Notes under the pieces: generated by a model
Seen by the model: the letters and a program-made list of their open reading frames with translations, nothing else
Database searches by the model: none
Told to the model about the DNA's origin: nothing
Translations under genes and position numbers: made by a program
Assembly: GCA_951406725.2 (NCBI GenBank)
Contig: OX597826.1
Location: 43,152,001-43,216,000 of the forward strand
DNA length: 64,000 nt
Source of the DNA: Octopus vulgaris
Lineage: Eukaryota
Direction of reading: 5' to 3'
Part shown: in pieces, positions 24,543 through 41,000 of the stretch
Numbering within the stretch: the stretch's first letter is position 1
How the letters are laid out: every line of letters starts with the position of its first letter

Positions 24543-27500
24543 CTCTGGAGGCTCACCAGGTGGCCATTACCTACATACCCTTGGGTGGTAAGCTTAATCC
24601 GTGCTGCAGTTTAACACCTGGAACTTGGAAATCTTCGGAATCAACTCTGATGCCATCACTGAAGTCAGGAACCCCGGCCTGTGTATAGTTTCCTTTTTTT
24701 TTTCCTTTCACAACTGATAAGCGGTCTTTTCCGCACTGACAAGATTCCTAACCACCCCGCCCAAATGGCCCCATATACATACACACACATATTCACACGT
24801 ATATATATATATAGGCGCAATATATTTATGATATAGATATAATAAAATTTGGGAGAAAGTGGGGAGGACGGGCGGAAGTCTTTCCTATATATCTGATAAT
24901 ATTTATGTATAATGTACGTATATATATGATCATTATTATTATCATCATCATTTAGTAGAGGCAACAGAGGGACTCAAGATCCGATAGTTACGTGCGTTGG
25001 TACTTAAATACATATCCTCGTATTTGAGTTATATATATATATATATATATATGCGGTGTCATTGTTTGCGGCTGCCGTCAAAGCATGTCCGGCAACTCGG
25101 GCAGTTTGGTTCATTGCTTGAAAGACCAGAACTTGGGGACTGAAAAAAAAACTTATGGACGTAGAAAAAGTGTCTCTTTAAAACCCGCCTGAAGCCCCAC
25201 CTACCTCACATATTTATGCTCTCAAGTACATTCAATTCATAAACACACACAAATGTAGAAATATATTCATACGTACATATACCTGTATGTGTGCGTATGC
25301 ACGTTTTTAAAAATACACACATATAAAATATATATTATGACATAAATATATATTATATACAAATGAAATACATATGAAATATTTAAAACTTAAAAGATAT
25401 GGAAAATTTTATATATAATACACACAGACACGTACATCTAAAGATTACATGTTACATATATATATATATAAAACATAATATAGACATATAAATGTATATA
25501 TCTCATATATGTAATGTAAACTATCTATGAATAATACAAGGGTTGAAGAAAGTTTATCGAGTCAGATTTTCTATGGCCAAATGCGCTTCCTGACGCTAAA
25601 CCTCACCTGTTCCCAAACAAGGTAATATTTCCCCCATGGTCAGACATATTTTAGCATAATATTGGAAATGAATGATACTGCTTGTATGACAATCATTTAC
25701 AAAAGACACAAACATATATACTTTATATCTATCTATCTATCTATCTATATATATATATATATTACACACACGACGGCTCTGAGTTTCTTTCTACCAAATT
25801 CGCTCACAATGCTTTGGTTGGCCTGGGCTATTGCAGAAAGCACACACCCCGAGGTGCCAGGCAGTGGAACTGAATCCGAAATTATGCGGCTGGTAAGTAA
25901 ACCTCTTAATCACTCATACGTAAGTGTGTATACATACATATATAGATGCCACTTCAACATGCAGGCTAACCCTAACCAGACCATTTCATAGCGCCGGATT
26001 CTGCAGTAAACCGCACGCCAAAGCAGCATTTCTATATACATACATGTATATACACACACATACACTCACACATATAGGAACGTGTGTGTGTGTGTGTGTG
26101 CGTGCATTTTATCATATATGTATATTCATGTTCATGTATAAAGTAATTTCCTCTGTAATTAATTTTAAAAGGAAATAATTAGGAACCATACATATATAAT
26201 GAGAGCCGAAGTTCCGTTAAAGACAAGATTTTTGCTGAGCAAGCTTTACCACTACAAACCTGTAAACATTGTTTTCAGTTTGTCATTCGACATTTTCAAG
26301 GCCTGCTACAGCGTGTTGTTAAAACTACACTACGTTTAGGTTGACAATTCCATTTAAGAATATATTCTTATGTAACAAAACTGTAACAATATATAAGAAA
26401 AAACGTTTAACGGCACACCTATTGTACACTATCACAGAATATGGCATTGGAGCCGGATCGAAGATAATTCTTACAAATTCCTACTTCTCCAAAAGAGAGA
26501 GAAGCATTTCATAAAGGAATCCTTGAATTTAGTTAAGCACCTCAAGAGAAGGAGAGACCGAAACTTTAAAATGCCTACAGACGGAAATTCTAAAGATTTG
26601 TTGAAAAACCTAACCTTGAAAATACCTTTCTGTAGTAATCAATATTATCTAATTTCCTTACTAATTAAATATTAGCAATTAAAAGTCTTATGCAACAACA
26701 GAGTGGACGTCAATGCTATTCTGTTAACACAATATATGTATTTTTTGTTACATCTTTCCGTCGTCGTTCGTATTAAAGAATAAAATTCGTGAGCAAATTT
26801 CCTATTGCCAGGGTTCAACGGCAGGAAAATGTTGTAGAAATTCTAAAGCAGGCTGTTTATTTTAAGTTATTTTAATGTATTCCTTTCATTTATAAGCCAG
26901 TACATTATATAACATACATATATACATCGTACATACTTATCTACCTGGGAGCGGATTAATTTTATTGTTTTTTTTTTCTGTCGTTTTATATCTTCGTTTT
27001 GCCGGTAGCCATGTTGGACGATGCTTCTTTCCAACAGAACAGCTGTTCTGCTAAGACATCTTCACTATTTTTGCAAAGACGACTAATCAATAACAATAGT
27101 ATGTGTGAGGTGGAGAGAAACGGATATCTAAAAGACTGGCAGGAACTTTTTCTAAACATGGTTTTAGAGTTGGGTTTTAAAAGATTCTATATCAGATGAG
27201 TTTTTTTAGGGATAAATTCAAACTTTTTTGTTTTTCGTTTTTACTTGGGTACCTATTGGCATAGACGATTGTTATATGGTTAAATAGTTCACTTTGCAAC
27301 CATCCAATTTCGGGTTCAATCCCATAAACGGAACCCTGGGTCTTCTGCTACAGCACCAGACCGATCTATGCCTTGTGACTGAATTTAGTGGATGGAAAAG
27401 GTTTAGAATGTGTGTTTGCTCGCACTCGTGCGTTTATTTCTTACTGCTTGGTAACCGTTGAGTTACATTCTCATAATCTAACGGTTTGGCAAAATGGTAA

Positions 27501-27684
27501 CTGTTAGAATATGTACCAAGCTTTAAAACAAGTACAAGGGTTGATTTGATACAAGTGATTCTCAACCATTTTTTTTTTTTTTTGCCTATGAACCCCGTTT
27601 GCCTTATGAATCCCTATTTTACTCGGGTGGAAACTCAACTTTCCGACGTTTTTGAATTTTCTTTTAAAAAACCTTATTGTATCT

Positions 27685-27886
27685 TTTATCTCGTTTCAGT
27701 CGTTTGACTGTGGCCATGCTGGGGCACCAACTGGTTTTAGTCGAACGAATCGAAATTAGGACTTATTTCTTAAAGCCTAGCATTTATTCTATCGGTTTCT
27801 TTTGCTGAACCGCTAAGTTACGGAGAAGTAAATACAACATCATCGGTTGTTAAGCGGTGGTGGGGGATGAACACTGACACATCTCT

Positions 27887-27928
<42 letters not shown>

Positions 27929-28055
27929 GACAGGTTTCTTCCGTCCACCAAATCCACTCACAAGGCTTTGGACGACCCGAGGTTATAGTAGATGACACTT
28001 GCTAAAGGTACCACGCAGTGGGACTGAACCCGGAATCATGTTGTTGAGAAGCACC
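27685..28055 (-). mobile_element. SINE family A
   Basis: Aligns to 9101-9480. Confidence 0.8.
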
Positions 28056-28177
28056 AGACTACGTACTTCGATTAAACAAAGTAGTGTCCCGAATCTAGAG
28101 CATTCCAGTTGTGACTACCTCGTCTATTTAAAGTTTCTGTACTCTGCACTGTAAACATAATACAAGTTCGTTAATAA

Positions 28178-28405
28178 GCGGCGAGCTGGCAGAAACGTTA
28201 GCACGCTGAGCGAAATGCTTAGCGATATTTCGCCTGTCTTTACGTTCTGAGTTCAAATTCCGCTGAGGTTAATTTTAACTTTCATCCTTTCGGGGTCGAT
28301 AAATTAAGTACAGTTACGTACTGTGGTCGATCTAATCGACTGGTCCCCTCCCCCAAAATTACGGACCTTGTGCCTAGAGTAGAAAAGAAGAGAGAGAGAG
28401 AGAGA
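28178..28405 (+). mobile_element. SINE family B
   Basis: Same head and core with a (GA)n tail; AGTTCGTT is repeated in both flanks. Confidence 0.8.
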
Positions 28406-29748
28406 GTTCGTTTTGCAATCACGAGGTTGCAGCTTCGAGCTCATTATATTGACAAATTGGGCAAGTATCATTTTCTATTAATTTGGAGCAAATGCAATCA
28501 TTGAAACTGGGAGGACGGAAACCGACAGGAAGGAGCATACCTATAATTCAAACGTCCGACCTTGTTATATACTCTGTGCCACGCTGTATCTATACACCTG
28601 AGAATTACGTTAAGGGTTCACACGCCTGTGGAATGCTCAGCTAATTATTCACAGGCCCGTGGAATACAAGCTGATTGTTCAATGAACAGAAAGTTCAGTT
28701 GATCGAACAAGCCTAATCCATATTTACTACACTATATATCCTATATATCCTTTCCTTATTTAAGACAGTAGCGTGTGATTTGAGGACGATTTGGCTGCTA
28801 TTTTTAATAGGTAGAACGAGTGACCACGTAAAGGCTCTCCCCATTAGTTTCCAAACCGTAAATATATAAATAAGAAGACACGAAATTGTATGATAGTTTT
28901 GTGCTGTTCATTGACATAGCTATAGCCGGAATTGAAACCGGACTGGAAACTTTACAGGCCGAGGAGTTAATAAATCAGCGAGCTGTGATATTTATTTGTT
29001 GGTCCAGAGAGTGGGAGAGAAAAAAAATGGGGATCTGGTCGAGTTTTTAAAGGCCCACTGACACATGTGAAACCCCCCCCCCGCCCCAGCATGGCCGCAG
29101 TCAAATGATTGAAAAGAGTAAAAGAATAAATACCAATTAACGTCTAATTTGTACAATTACAATTTGATGGTTACAATGTGTGTATGTGTTTGTGGGGAAA
29201 AACATGTGACTTAAATTTAGACTTAGATATGTCCTGGGTTAACCCGCTTTCCATGGCGTATAATTGGTGACTAAGATTATAACGCTTTCCCACCAACTCT
29301 GAAAGGGACGCCGGTCCGTCGCTTGGTGAACTTCCTAGTAATTGCTGGAACTCATTTATAGCTAAGTGGACTAGAGCAACGTGAAATGAAAGTGTTTTGT
29401 TCAATAACAGCACACAGCAAGGTCAGGGAATCGAAACCTCGATCTTGCGATGATTATATGCAACGCTAAGGCTTATGCACCTTCCATTTCATGTCAGAGA
29501 GGAAATTCCTAATTAACAACGATTCAGGGAGAAGGGACTAGGAGCAGGGACTAGTATACGGCCTGGATACGGGGTGACATTATATGTGCGAGGAGAGAAG
29601 GGTAAGTTGAGTGAGGTAAGAATGCGTGAATAGAGGTAGTGTGAAATAAGCCGGTTCAACGAAGCAGAGGCTACTGTAGTAGCGACAGAAAAGGAAGAGA
29701 GAAATGACACAGTACATCAGCGAAAACAGAGTATTCAAACACGCAGTG

Positions 29749-29955
<207 letters not shown>

Positions 29956-30605
29956 TATTCTTTTCAGTAAGTGTAACGGGCTCCGTTAGACGAGTAAAGT
30001 TACAGCGTTAGACAGAACGCTTTACGCTATACGTTCCAGTATTCTGAGTTCAAATCCAGCCGATATCAACCATACCTTTTCATCGAAGTCGATAAATGGA
30101 AAGTATCAGTCTAGCATTGTGTGCGATTCTTCAGCAGAAATTGACTATTTAGATGATTGTTGGGATCCATCAAGTTTACAAAAAAAAAAACCCCCAAAAA
30201 AAACACCTAAAACTCGTTGTATGTATATCAAGATGGCGGTCCAGAAGTTATGCACCAAGAAAGTGAAGGCCCTCTATTTTATTCAATACAGAATGAAGTT
30301 GTGGCATTAATACTATTCTCAAGTACTAAACAGTGTAAATGATGTGAAACAATCTATCAAATAACTATAACAGATCTGTTGACGGCCTTGTCTTTTCTCG
30401 TCAGGATCGTAATTAATATACAACGGATTGCCTAAATATTTGCATTGTTTTGTAACAGTAAATATTTAAAGAGGTTATTAAAGTTATTAATTGAAATTGT
30501 TAATCAATTCGAAACGACTTTCATTCAATTTAAACACTTAAATATTTAAAAGAAAAACAGATGTCCTTTAAAGTTAGTAACGATTAATGAATGTGTATGA
30601 GGCAT

Positions 30606-30893
30606 TGTTTGTTCCTTCTCGAGCCATGCCTGGCTCATAAGGGCTGGTTTCCTTGGCGTATAGGTTCCCCACCTGGACGGGACGCCGGTCCATCACAGGT
30701 GAGCTGCAAGAGGAAAGAGTAAGAGAAAGTTGTGGCGAAAGAGTCAGCACAAGTTCGCCATTACCTTCGGTCGGAGCTGCGTGGAGCTTAGGTGTTTCGC
30801 TCATAAACACACACATCGCCCGGTATGAGATTCGAACCAGCGATCCCTCGACTGCGAGTCCGCTGCTCTAACCACTAGGCCATGTGCCTCTAC
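30606..30893 (-). mobile_element. SINE family D variant
   Basis: Same tRNA-like head (TGGCCTAGTGGTTAG...GGTTCGAATC) with a different 3' part. Confidence 0.75.
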
Positions 30894-32094
30894 ATAAAGA
30901 GGCATAAGCAATATGATATCCGTTTGGTCATATGCTATCTTGATGCCGTCAATTATTCTTCGAAGTTGGGTACACAAGGGGAAAAAGGGTACAGATTGGC
31001 AGGATTACATTTATGATAACGAACTGGGGTTTTGAGTTCAAACCCCATCGGAGTCAACTCGTAAAATGATATATAGAGAGTGGATGTGTGTTTGTATACA
31101 CATAACTCTTCACACATACCTATATATATATATATATATATATATACAGACAGACATATACGAATATTTGAACACATACACACACGTTCATATACATACA
31201 CGTTTTTATGTATAAACTTATATATCACATACACGGAGAGAGAGAGCTATGCTACACCTATCAGAGTTATGGTTTCTTTAACGACCAGAAAAAAAATAAA
31301 ATATGTACGTTGGCAGTAAATTATTGTCATAGGTGGGACGCCTGAATAACACGATTAACGAATGCTTCACCCAGAGTTGTCCTACACACAGCATCACAGA
31401 TTTTCTCTTCCCCAATAATTCCATCTACAACGAGAATCATCAATCGACTGGAAACGGTTCGAATCAATCAATTTATCTACCTACATACCTGCATGTGTAT
31501 ACATGTATGTATGCATATCGATTCAATTATTCATCCATCAGCCTGTCCAACTATCTATCTATCTATCTATCTACCTACCTACCTACCTATCTATCTATCG
31601 AACAATCTCTCTCTCTTTCTCATGTGTGTGTGTGTCACTATAAAATGGTCGTAGGTTCAATCCCTGGACTGGACAACACACTTTACCCTTGAGCAAAGCA
31701 CTATATTTAACGTTGGGCTATAGACTACTCAGTTGAAAACGAGTATCATAAGGGTGCTGGTCCAAACCTCTTTCTCTCCGTCGATGATGGAGGAAAAGAG
31801 GGCTTTCATATCCTTGGTGCTCTGCTGGATCAAGGATGGGAGGACGGAGAGGGTGAACCATGTCCGTGAGTGTTCACTTAAGAACTGTAGACCAATTAAC
31901 GAAAGCACGGCACGTACAAACAGGTTTTTACTCGCTTGCGAATAATGCCGATGGAGACATGAACACACACACAACTTTTCACTAGTTTCAAACAGCGGGC
32001 TAAATTATGTGCTGGGGCAGAACATTCGAAGAGTTCCAGTCGGATAGCTAGTGATGTAAACTAACCAACACCGGTTGTCAAGCGATGGTCAAAG

Positions 32095-32529
32095 ACATAC
32101 ACATACATGCATATACACACATACATATACACATACATACACATATATATACATACACATATATATATACACACATATGCACATATACATATATATATAT
32201 ACATATATATACACATATATATATACACTGTATATACACATATATATATACATACATATACACATACATATATATACACATATATACATATATAAATACA
32301 TATATACATATATAAATACATACATACATATATAAATACATACATATATAAATACATACATATATATACATATATAAATACATACATATATATACATACA
32401 TACACATACATACATATATATACATACACATACATACATACACATACATACACATACATACATACATATATATACATACACATACATACATATATACATA
32501 TATATACATACATACATATATATACATAC

Positions 32530-32572
<43 letters not shown>

Positions 32573-35500
32573 CATACATATATACATACATATACACACA
32601 TACATATACACACATACATATATATACACATACATATATATACATATATACACATACATATATATACATATATACACATACATATATATACATATATACA
32701 CATACATATATATACATATATACACATACATATATATATATACATATATACACATATATATACATATATACACATATATATACATATATACACATACATA
32801 CACATATATATACATATATACACATACATACACATACATATATATACATATATACACATACATATACATACATATATATACATATATACACATACATATA
32901 TACACATACATATATATATACATATATACACATACATATACATATATACACATACATATATATACATATATACACATACATATATATACATATATACACA
33001 TACATATATATACATATATACACATACATATATATACATATATACACATACATATACATATATACACATACATATATATACATATATACACATACATATA
33101 CATATATACACATACATATACATATATACACATACATATACATATATACACATACATATACATATATACACATACATATATATACATATATACACACACA
33201 TATATATACATATATACATACACATATACATACATATATACATACACATATACATACACATACATATACACACACATACATTCATATATATACACACACA
33301 TACATTCATATATATACACACACATACATTCATATATATACACACACATACATTCATATATATACACACACATACATTCATATATATACACACACATACA
33401 TTCATATATATACACATACATACATATATTTACACATACATACATATATATATATACACATACATACATATATATATATACACATACATACATATATATA
33501 TATACACATACATATATATATATATACACATACATACATATATATATATATACACATACATACATATATATATATATATATACACATACATACATATATA
33601 TATATATACACATACATATATATATATATATATACACATACATACATATATATATATATACACATACATACATATATATATATACACATACATACATATA
33701 TATATATATATACACATACATACATATATATATATACACATACATACATATATATATATACACATACATACATATATATATATACACATACATACATATA
33801 TATATACACATACATACATATATATATACACATACATACATATATATATATACACATACATACATATATATATATACACATACATACATATATATATACA
33901 CACATACATACATATATATATACACACATACATACATATATATACACATACATATATATATACACACATACATATATATATATACACACATACATACATA
34001 TATATATATACACATACATACATATATATATACACATACATACATATATATATATACACATACATACATATATATATACACATACATATATATATATACA
34101 CATACATACATATATATACACATACATACATATATATATACACATACATACATATATATATATACACATACATACATATATATATATACACATACATACA
34201 TATATATATATACACATACATACATATATATATATACACATACATACATATATATATATACACATACATACATATATATATATACACATACATACATATA
34301 TATATACATACACACGTATATATATACACACACATACATATATATATACATACACATACATACATATACATACACACATATACATACAGATATATATATA
34401 TATATATATATATATGACGTTAAATGATGATGATGATGATACATACATACATACACACATATACATACATATATATATATATACATACACACATATACAT
34501 ACAGATATATATATATATATATATAATATATACATACAGATATATATATATATACATACAGATATATATATATATACATAGATATATATATACATACATA
34601 TATACATACACATACATATATACATACACACATATATATATATATACATACACACACACATATATATATACATACACACATATATATATACATACACACA
34701 TATATACTCACACACATATATATATACACACACACACATATATATACATACACACACATATATATATACACACACACATATATATATATACATACACACA
34801 CATATATACATATACACAATTATACATACATATATATAGATACATACATATAAATATACATATATACGTATATATACATATAAATACATACATACATATA
34901 TATATACATACATACATATGCATATATATACATACATACATATGCATATATATACATACATACATATGCATATATACATACATACATATGCATATATACA
35001 TATGCATATATACATACAAATATATATATATATATATACATACAAATATATATAAACATACAAATATATATATACATACAAATATATATAAACATACAAA
35101 TATATATATACATACAAATATATATATACATATATACACATACATATACATATACACATACATATACACATACATATACATACATATACATACATATATA
35201 CACATATATATATATACATACATATACATACATACATACATACACACACAAACATACATATATATATATACATACATACATACATACACAAACATACATA
35301 TACATGCATATATACATACATATACACGCATACATATACACACACATATACACATGCATACATACACATACATTCATACACATATATATAGATACAAATA
35401 TACACATACACATATATATAGATACAAATATACACATACATATATATACATATACACACACATTTATATACATACACATATACACACACATGTATATATA

Positions 35501-36315
35501 TACATACACATATACACACATGTATATATACATACATATATACACACATGTATATATACATACATATATACACACATGTATATATACATACACATATATA
35601 TACACATCCATATATATACACACACATATATATACACATCCATATATATACACACACATATATATACACATCCATATATATACACATATGCACATACTTA
35701 TATACACATATATACACATATATACATACACATATATATACACATATACATACACATATATATACACATCCATATATATACACATATGCACATACTTATA
35801 TATACATATATACATACACATATATATACACATCCATATATATATATACACATATGCAAATACTTATATACACATATATACACACATATACACATGTATA
35901 TAGATGCATATATATATACACATATATAGACATATACATACATATACACACATACATAAATACATACACACATACATGTATGTATATATCATATATGTTT
36001 ATACATACATATATGTATATACATACATATATGTATATACACATATTTATATACATACACATCGTACATACATATATGTATATACGTACACATCGTACAT
36101 ACATATATGTATATACATACACATCGTACATACATATATGTATATACATACACATCGTACATACATATATGTATATACATACACATCGTACATACATATA
36201 TGTATATACATACACATCGTACATACATATATGTATATACATACACATCATACATACATATATGCATATACATATATATACACACACACACATATATATA
36301 TTACACACATACATC
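32095..36315. repeat. 4.2-kb compound (TA/CA/TACA) microsatellite
   Basis: Direct reading; almost no G on the plus strand. Confidence 0.97.
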
Positions 36316-36780
36316 ATGATTTTCTTTCAGTTTCCGTCGACCAAATAAACTCACAAGGGTTGGTCGGTCCGGGGCTATAGTAAAAGACATTACCCAACAT
36401 ACCACGCAGGAGGACCTGAGCCCAGAATGATGTTGTTGGGAAGTAAACTTATTACACAGCCTCCTCGCCAGCATATGATATATATATACATATCTTAATG
36501 TAAAAGTTGTATAGAAAATATATATTTTACAGAGTGCAAATATTATCTGATGTATAATTCAATACGTTGGGTCGAGTGGATAGATATGTTTATTACAAAT
36601 CAAACATTGAGTCTATTCTGAATTTCGCCTCTAAAGTAAGCTGTTCTGGACGTTCATAACCGGCCGTGAACAGCCGGACCTGGGGCGAAATAGAAGAGCA
36701 GATCATCAACATTCTATAAAACTAAGATGTGCGTGTGTATTTCGCAAGGAGAAAATACAATATTTTAGCTAAAATATATA

Positions 36781-36916
36781 TTTCTTTACTGCCCACAAAG
36801 GGCTAAACATAGAGGGGACAAACAAGGACAAAGGGATTAAGTCGATTACATCGACCCCAGTGCGAAACTGGTACTTTATTTATCGACCCCGAAAGGATGA
36901 AAGGCAAAGTTGACCT
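36781..36916 (-). mobile_element. SINE family B, 3' half
   Basis: Aligns to 6249-6375. Confidence 0.75.
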
Positions 36917-38022
36917 ACAATATAGGTGTGAAAATGGCCGGTGAATGAGTTGCGAAAATTGAGTATAATGTCAAACTTGAAATTTTGCATAACAGAAGAC
37001 GAATAAAAAAACACCAGTACTTAATTTGAAAATTATAGCTTTACTGTCTTATCCACAAAACACACAGCGCACATACCGGTATATGTTACTGATGAGTTCC
37101 AATGTGATCGAAACACACCTGGAGTGGTCACCGTACTGACATGATCGACTCCTTTCCCACTATTATACTGTTCGAATTCTATTTTCTTTTAATTATTAAA
37201 TTTTAATTCATTGAGATTTTGTAATTTTACAAAGATTATTTCTTGTCACCGGTGTAGGGTTAAAATTCGTCTAAAGTAAAGAATACATATATCCGGTGTT
37301 TAGGGTTAGTATAAGGGTTAAGGTGAGGATTAGGATTTTTGTTACGCCGAAAACCAGTGGTGTACGTATTCTTTACCTCTGCCTAAAATTCTTAGCTTCG
37401 AAGTCACTTTCAACCTTAGTTTTGTAAAAATTATAAATATGTACTCTACAAACAATACTGAGTGATCCTTTTGTTTAATATTAAAACTTGTATAATTTAA
37501 TATTATATGTGTGTGTATGTGTATATATATTATATATATATGTGTATGTATAATGGCTTTTTTTTTGTTTTTTTCGCCATAGGTCATTATATACGAATTG
37601 TAGAAATGTCAAAATATCTATTTTTCTGTGTGTTAGACGAGCAAATTGAAACTTCTTAGTCACTATGTTTTTCTTGTAAAAGTTTGATCAACACGTATTG
37701 AATAATTCTGTAGTTTAATGCTAAATTGTTTTTACTTATAACTTGACAAAACAAAAACTATACATACATACACATTTATGTGTGTGTGTGAATGTGTGTG
37801 TACACACAGACATCTCGAATGGTGAGTTGAAAATTGAGACACGATTATTGGAGTTTGGTGTGAACATCACAATATATATATATCAATAGAATGGTCATAA
37901 AGACGAGAATGAAAATGACTGAAATTGTAAGATTTGTAAGCAAATTGTCAGGGAAAAAATATATCCTGTGCAAAATGAAAAATAAAACATTGTTAAATGA
38001 AATAAAAAATGTAACAACTCAC

Positions 38023-41000
38023 CTCAGTTTTGCTTTCAGCAACGGATGAACCCAAAATTTCCACCGCACATATTTCAACAATGATATTTGTAAATCCCAC
38101 ATCACGATCTAAAAGATCCTTTGTAGTGAGCTGACCAGAAATCTTATCCACAGAGAAATATTGCGATTGTAGAACACCTTTTTTGTTAGCATCAATGCGT
38201 GTTATATAGTAATTGATTGTAGCATCTTTGTTTTTTGGTTGAGCTTCGACTGACAATATTGTTTTACCGATTGGGACATTTTCGTGTACACTGGCTAAAT
38301 AACGAGCTTGAGAAAATGTAGGGCCATTACGGTTATCGGTTGTTATAATGAAATAAATTGTAGTCATTATGGATTTGGCCCCAAGATTGTCGTTTATTCC
38401 AGCGTCAGACGCTTGGATGGTCAATTGCAATATCGGCTGACCAACTGGCAACCTTGATTTCAATGTTATGATCCCAGAAGACCGAGACAACAAGAAATAG
38501 GAAGTGTTGCCAGATATGATCATATAAGTAACTCTACCATTCTCACCTGAATCAATATCCAAACCCTCCACTCGACCGACTTCAGAATTAACAGGTGTAT
38601 TCTGTGCAATAATAAAAGTTTCAGGAGAGATTATTCTTGGGACATTATCGTTGAGGTCAGTTACTATAATCTTAACTGTTTTCTCTGATGACTTTTGTCT
38701 AGAAGTAGGGTGGGCATTGTCTGTCGCTATTACAATCAAATTGGAATATTTCATTTTTTCGTAGTCTATTTCCCGGTTTACTAATAAATTTCCACTGTTA
38801 ACAATTCGAAAATGATCACCAGGCGGTGCCTGAGAGGCTATTCTATAGCGAACTTCTCCATTAATTCCTGTATCTGGGTCATTGGCTGTGACTGTCCCGA
38901 CAACAGTGCCAACATTGATTCTTTCTTCAATTGAAAACGTATTTGGTGTGTCTGGAAACGCTGGGCTATTGTCGTTGTAGTCCATGACATAAACGGTGAA
39001 TCGTTGGTAAGTAATCAATGGCGGCACTCCAAAGTCAGAGACAGAAATGTTAAGGTGATATACTTTCTGAACTTCGTAATCTAAAGGTTCCATAACATAG
39101 ATGTTACCAGTTTTGCCATCAACGTGGAATGTGTTATTGGGATTACCATCGACTATCGAAAATGTCAAGAGAGCATTATTGCCAAGATCTTCGTCAGTTG
39201 CCTGAAACTGTGAAATACGAGTACCTGGAATAACAGTCTCCATCAATTCTATTGACATAGGTGACGAACGAAAAGTTGGAAAGTTATCGTTGTAATCGTG
39301 AATTGTTATATGCACTTCGGTGTACGAACTAAGTTGCACTTTGGTACCGGCATCGTAAGCCACCACTTTCAACAGGTACGAGTCAATGGTTTCTCGGTCT
39401 AACGTGGAATCCAATTGTATCTGACCGCTTCTACTGTTAATAGAAAAGGTGTCATTTGGGTTCCCTTCGGTAATGGCGTAAGTGAGAAACTGATTTTCGT
39501 TTAAATCAACATCTATAGCACTAACTTGGGTTATCAAAGTTTGAGGGCGGGCATTTTCAACAACAGAGGCACGATAAAGAGGTTTCTTAAATTCGGGGGC
39601 ATTATCATTGACATCTGTGATAGTAACCTTTACTTTGGCACTACCCTGTAATCGTTTCATACCATTATCTTTTACAATAACTTCAAATGTGTAATAGTCT
39701 TTTCCAGTGAGAACCAGTTGTTCACGGTCAAATGCTTTTAGCGATGTTATTCGTCCATTTAAAACGTTGACAGCGAAGTTATCTTGTTTCGTGCTTATGT
39801 AATAAGCTAGTTCTGCATTGCGACCAATATCGGCATCAGTGGCATGGACAGACCCTACATATGTATTAGGAACTTTGTTTTCCTCAATTGACATGGAATA
39901 AGATTTATTGCCGAAAACTGGCGCTTTATCATTAGCATCAAGGATCTGAATTGTTATATTAGCAGACGAGCTTCTAGGTGGGACGCCACAGTCTTCAGCG
40001 ACAATAGTAAGGTGATAAAAGTCTTTTGTCTCACGGTCCAGCTCTTCTGCTATATACAAGTGTCCATCTGGGAATATTGCAAACTTTCCGTCTTCACTCC
40101 CTCGGGAAATTCTGTAAATAATCTCCTTGTTTCTACCTTCGTCAGCATCGGTAGCCGAGATCAAAAAGAAACGGTCATTAATTGGCTGCGATTCCAGTAA
40201 AGATATCGAATTTTGAGCACTTGAAAATACTGGCGTATGATCGTTGACGTCTTTTACGTGAATTCTCACAATTTGCGAAGAGGACATTTGTGGATTGCCA
40301 GCGTCCACTGCAACTACGGTTAGTTCGTAGATTTTTGAAGTAGATTTATCAAGAGGGCGATTAATATAGATCATGCCAGAATCTCTAATCATAAACGAAT
40401 GAATAAAACTTGTACGTAGAGTATATGAAATATTAGCATTAATTCCTTCATCTAAATCCGTTGCCAACACTTGATAAACTTCTTTGCCAACTGACCAGTT
40501 CTCAAAAACGTTAACATCAACGGTCGCTGTCCCAAATTTAGGTTTGTTGTCATTTCTGTCAATCACAGTGATTTTTACCCCAACTTCAGCATAATTGCCA
40601 TTACTTGCAGCTAAAACACGAATATTGTACGAAGCAATATGTTCCCGGTCGATTTTCTTGGCTGTTCTAAGGTTTCCAAGAGAGTCGATCGTAAAATGGC
40701 TTTCTGGATCTCCACCAATAATGGAAAGAGTTATATTTGGGGATTTTTCATTAGTTTTGGCTATTACATAACCTATAATTTGCCCGGTGTTCACCTTAGT
40801 ATCGTTATCTTCGGTGACGCTGAATACATAAGGTGTACTTAAAAAGAAAGGTATTTCGTCACCAGAAGTGGGAATAGTAATCAAAACAGTAGCAGTATTT
40901 GAGGCTGTTTTACCATTCCCATCTTGTGCGGAAACAGTCAATTTGTAGTGCGTTTGAACACTTGAGTCCAAACGTCCTTTCACAAATATTACTCCACTGT

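Noticed and set aside
26390-26560. Possible PLE GIY-YIG remnant (LLQKREKHFIK)
   Set aside because: Too short and decayed to support without a search.
32061-36380. Long ORFs (up to 913 aa) of YI/CV/HT repeats, and similar ORFs across the window
   Set aside because: These are translations of TA/CA microsatellites that lack stop codons by composition; they are not genes.
37993-38022. Stop codon suggesting a secreted, truncated cadherin
   Set aside because: This is read-through past a strong GTGAGT donor; there is no evidence for an intron-retained isoform.
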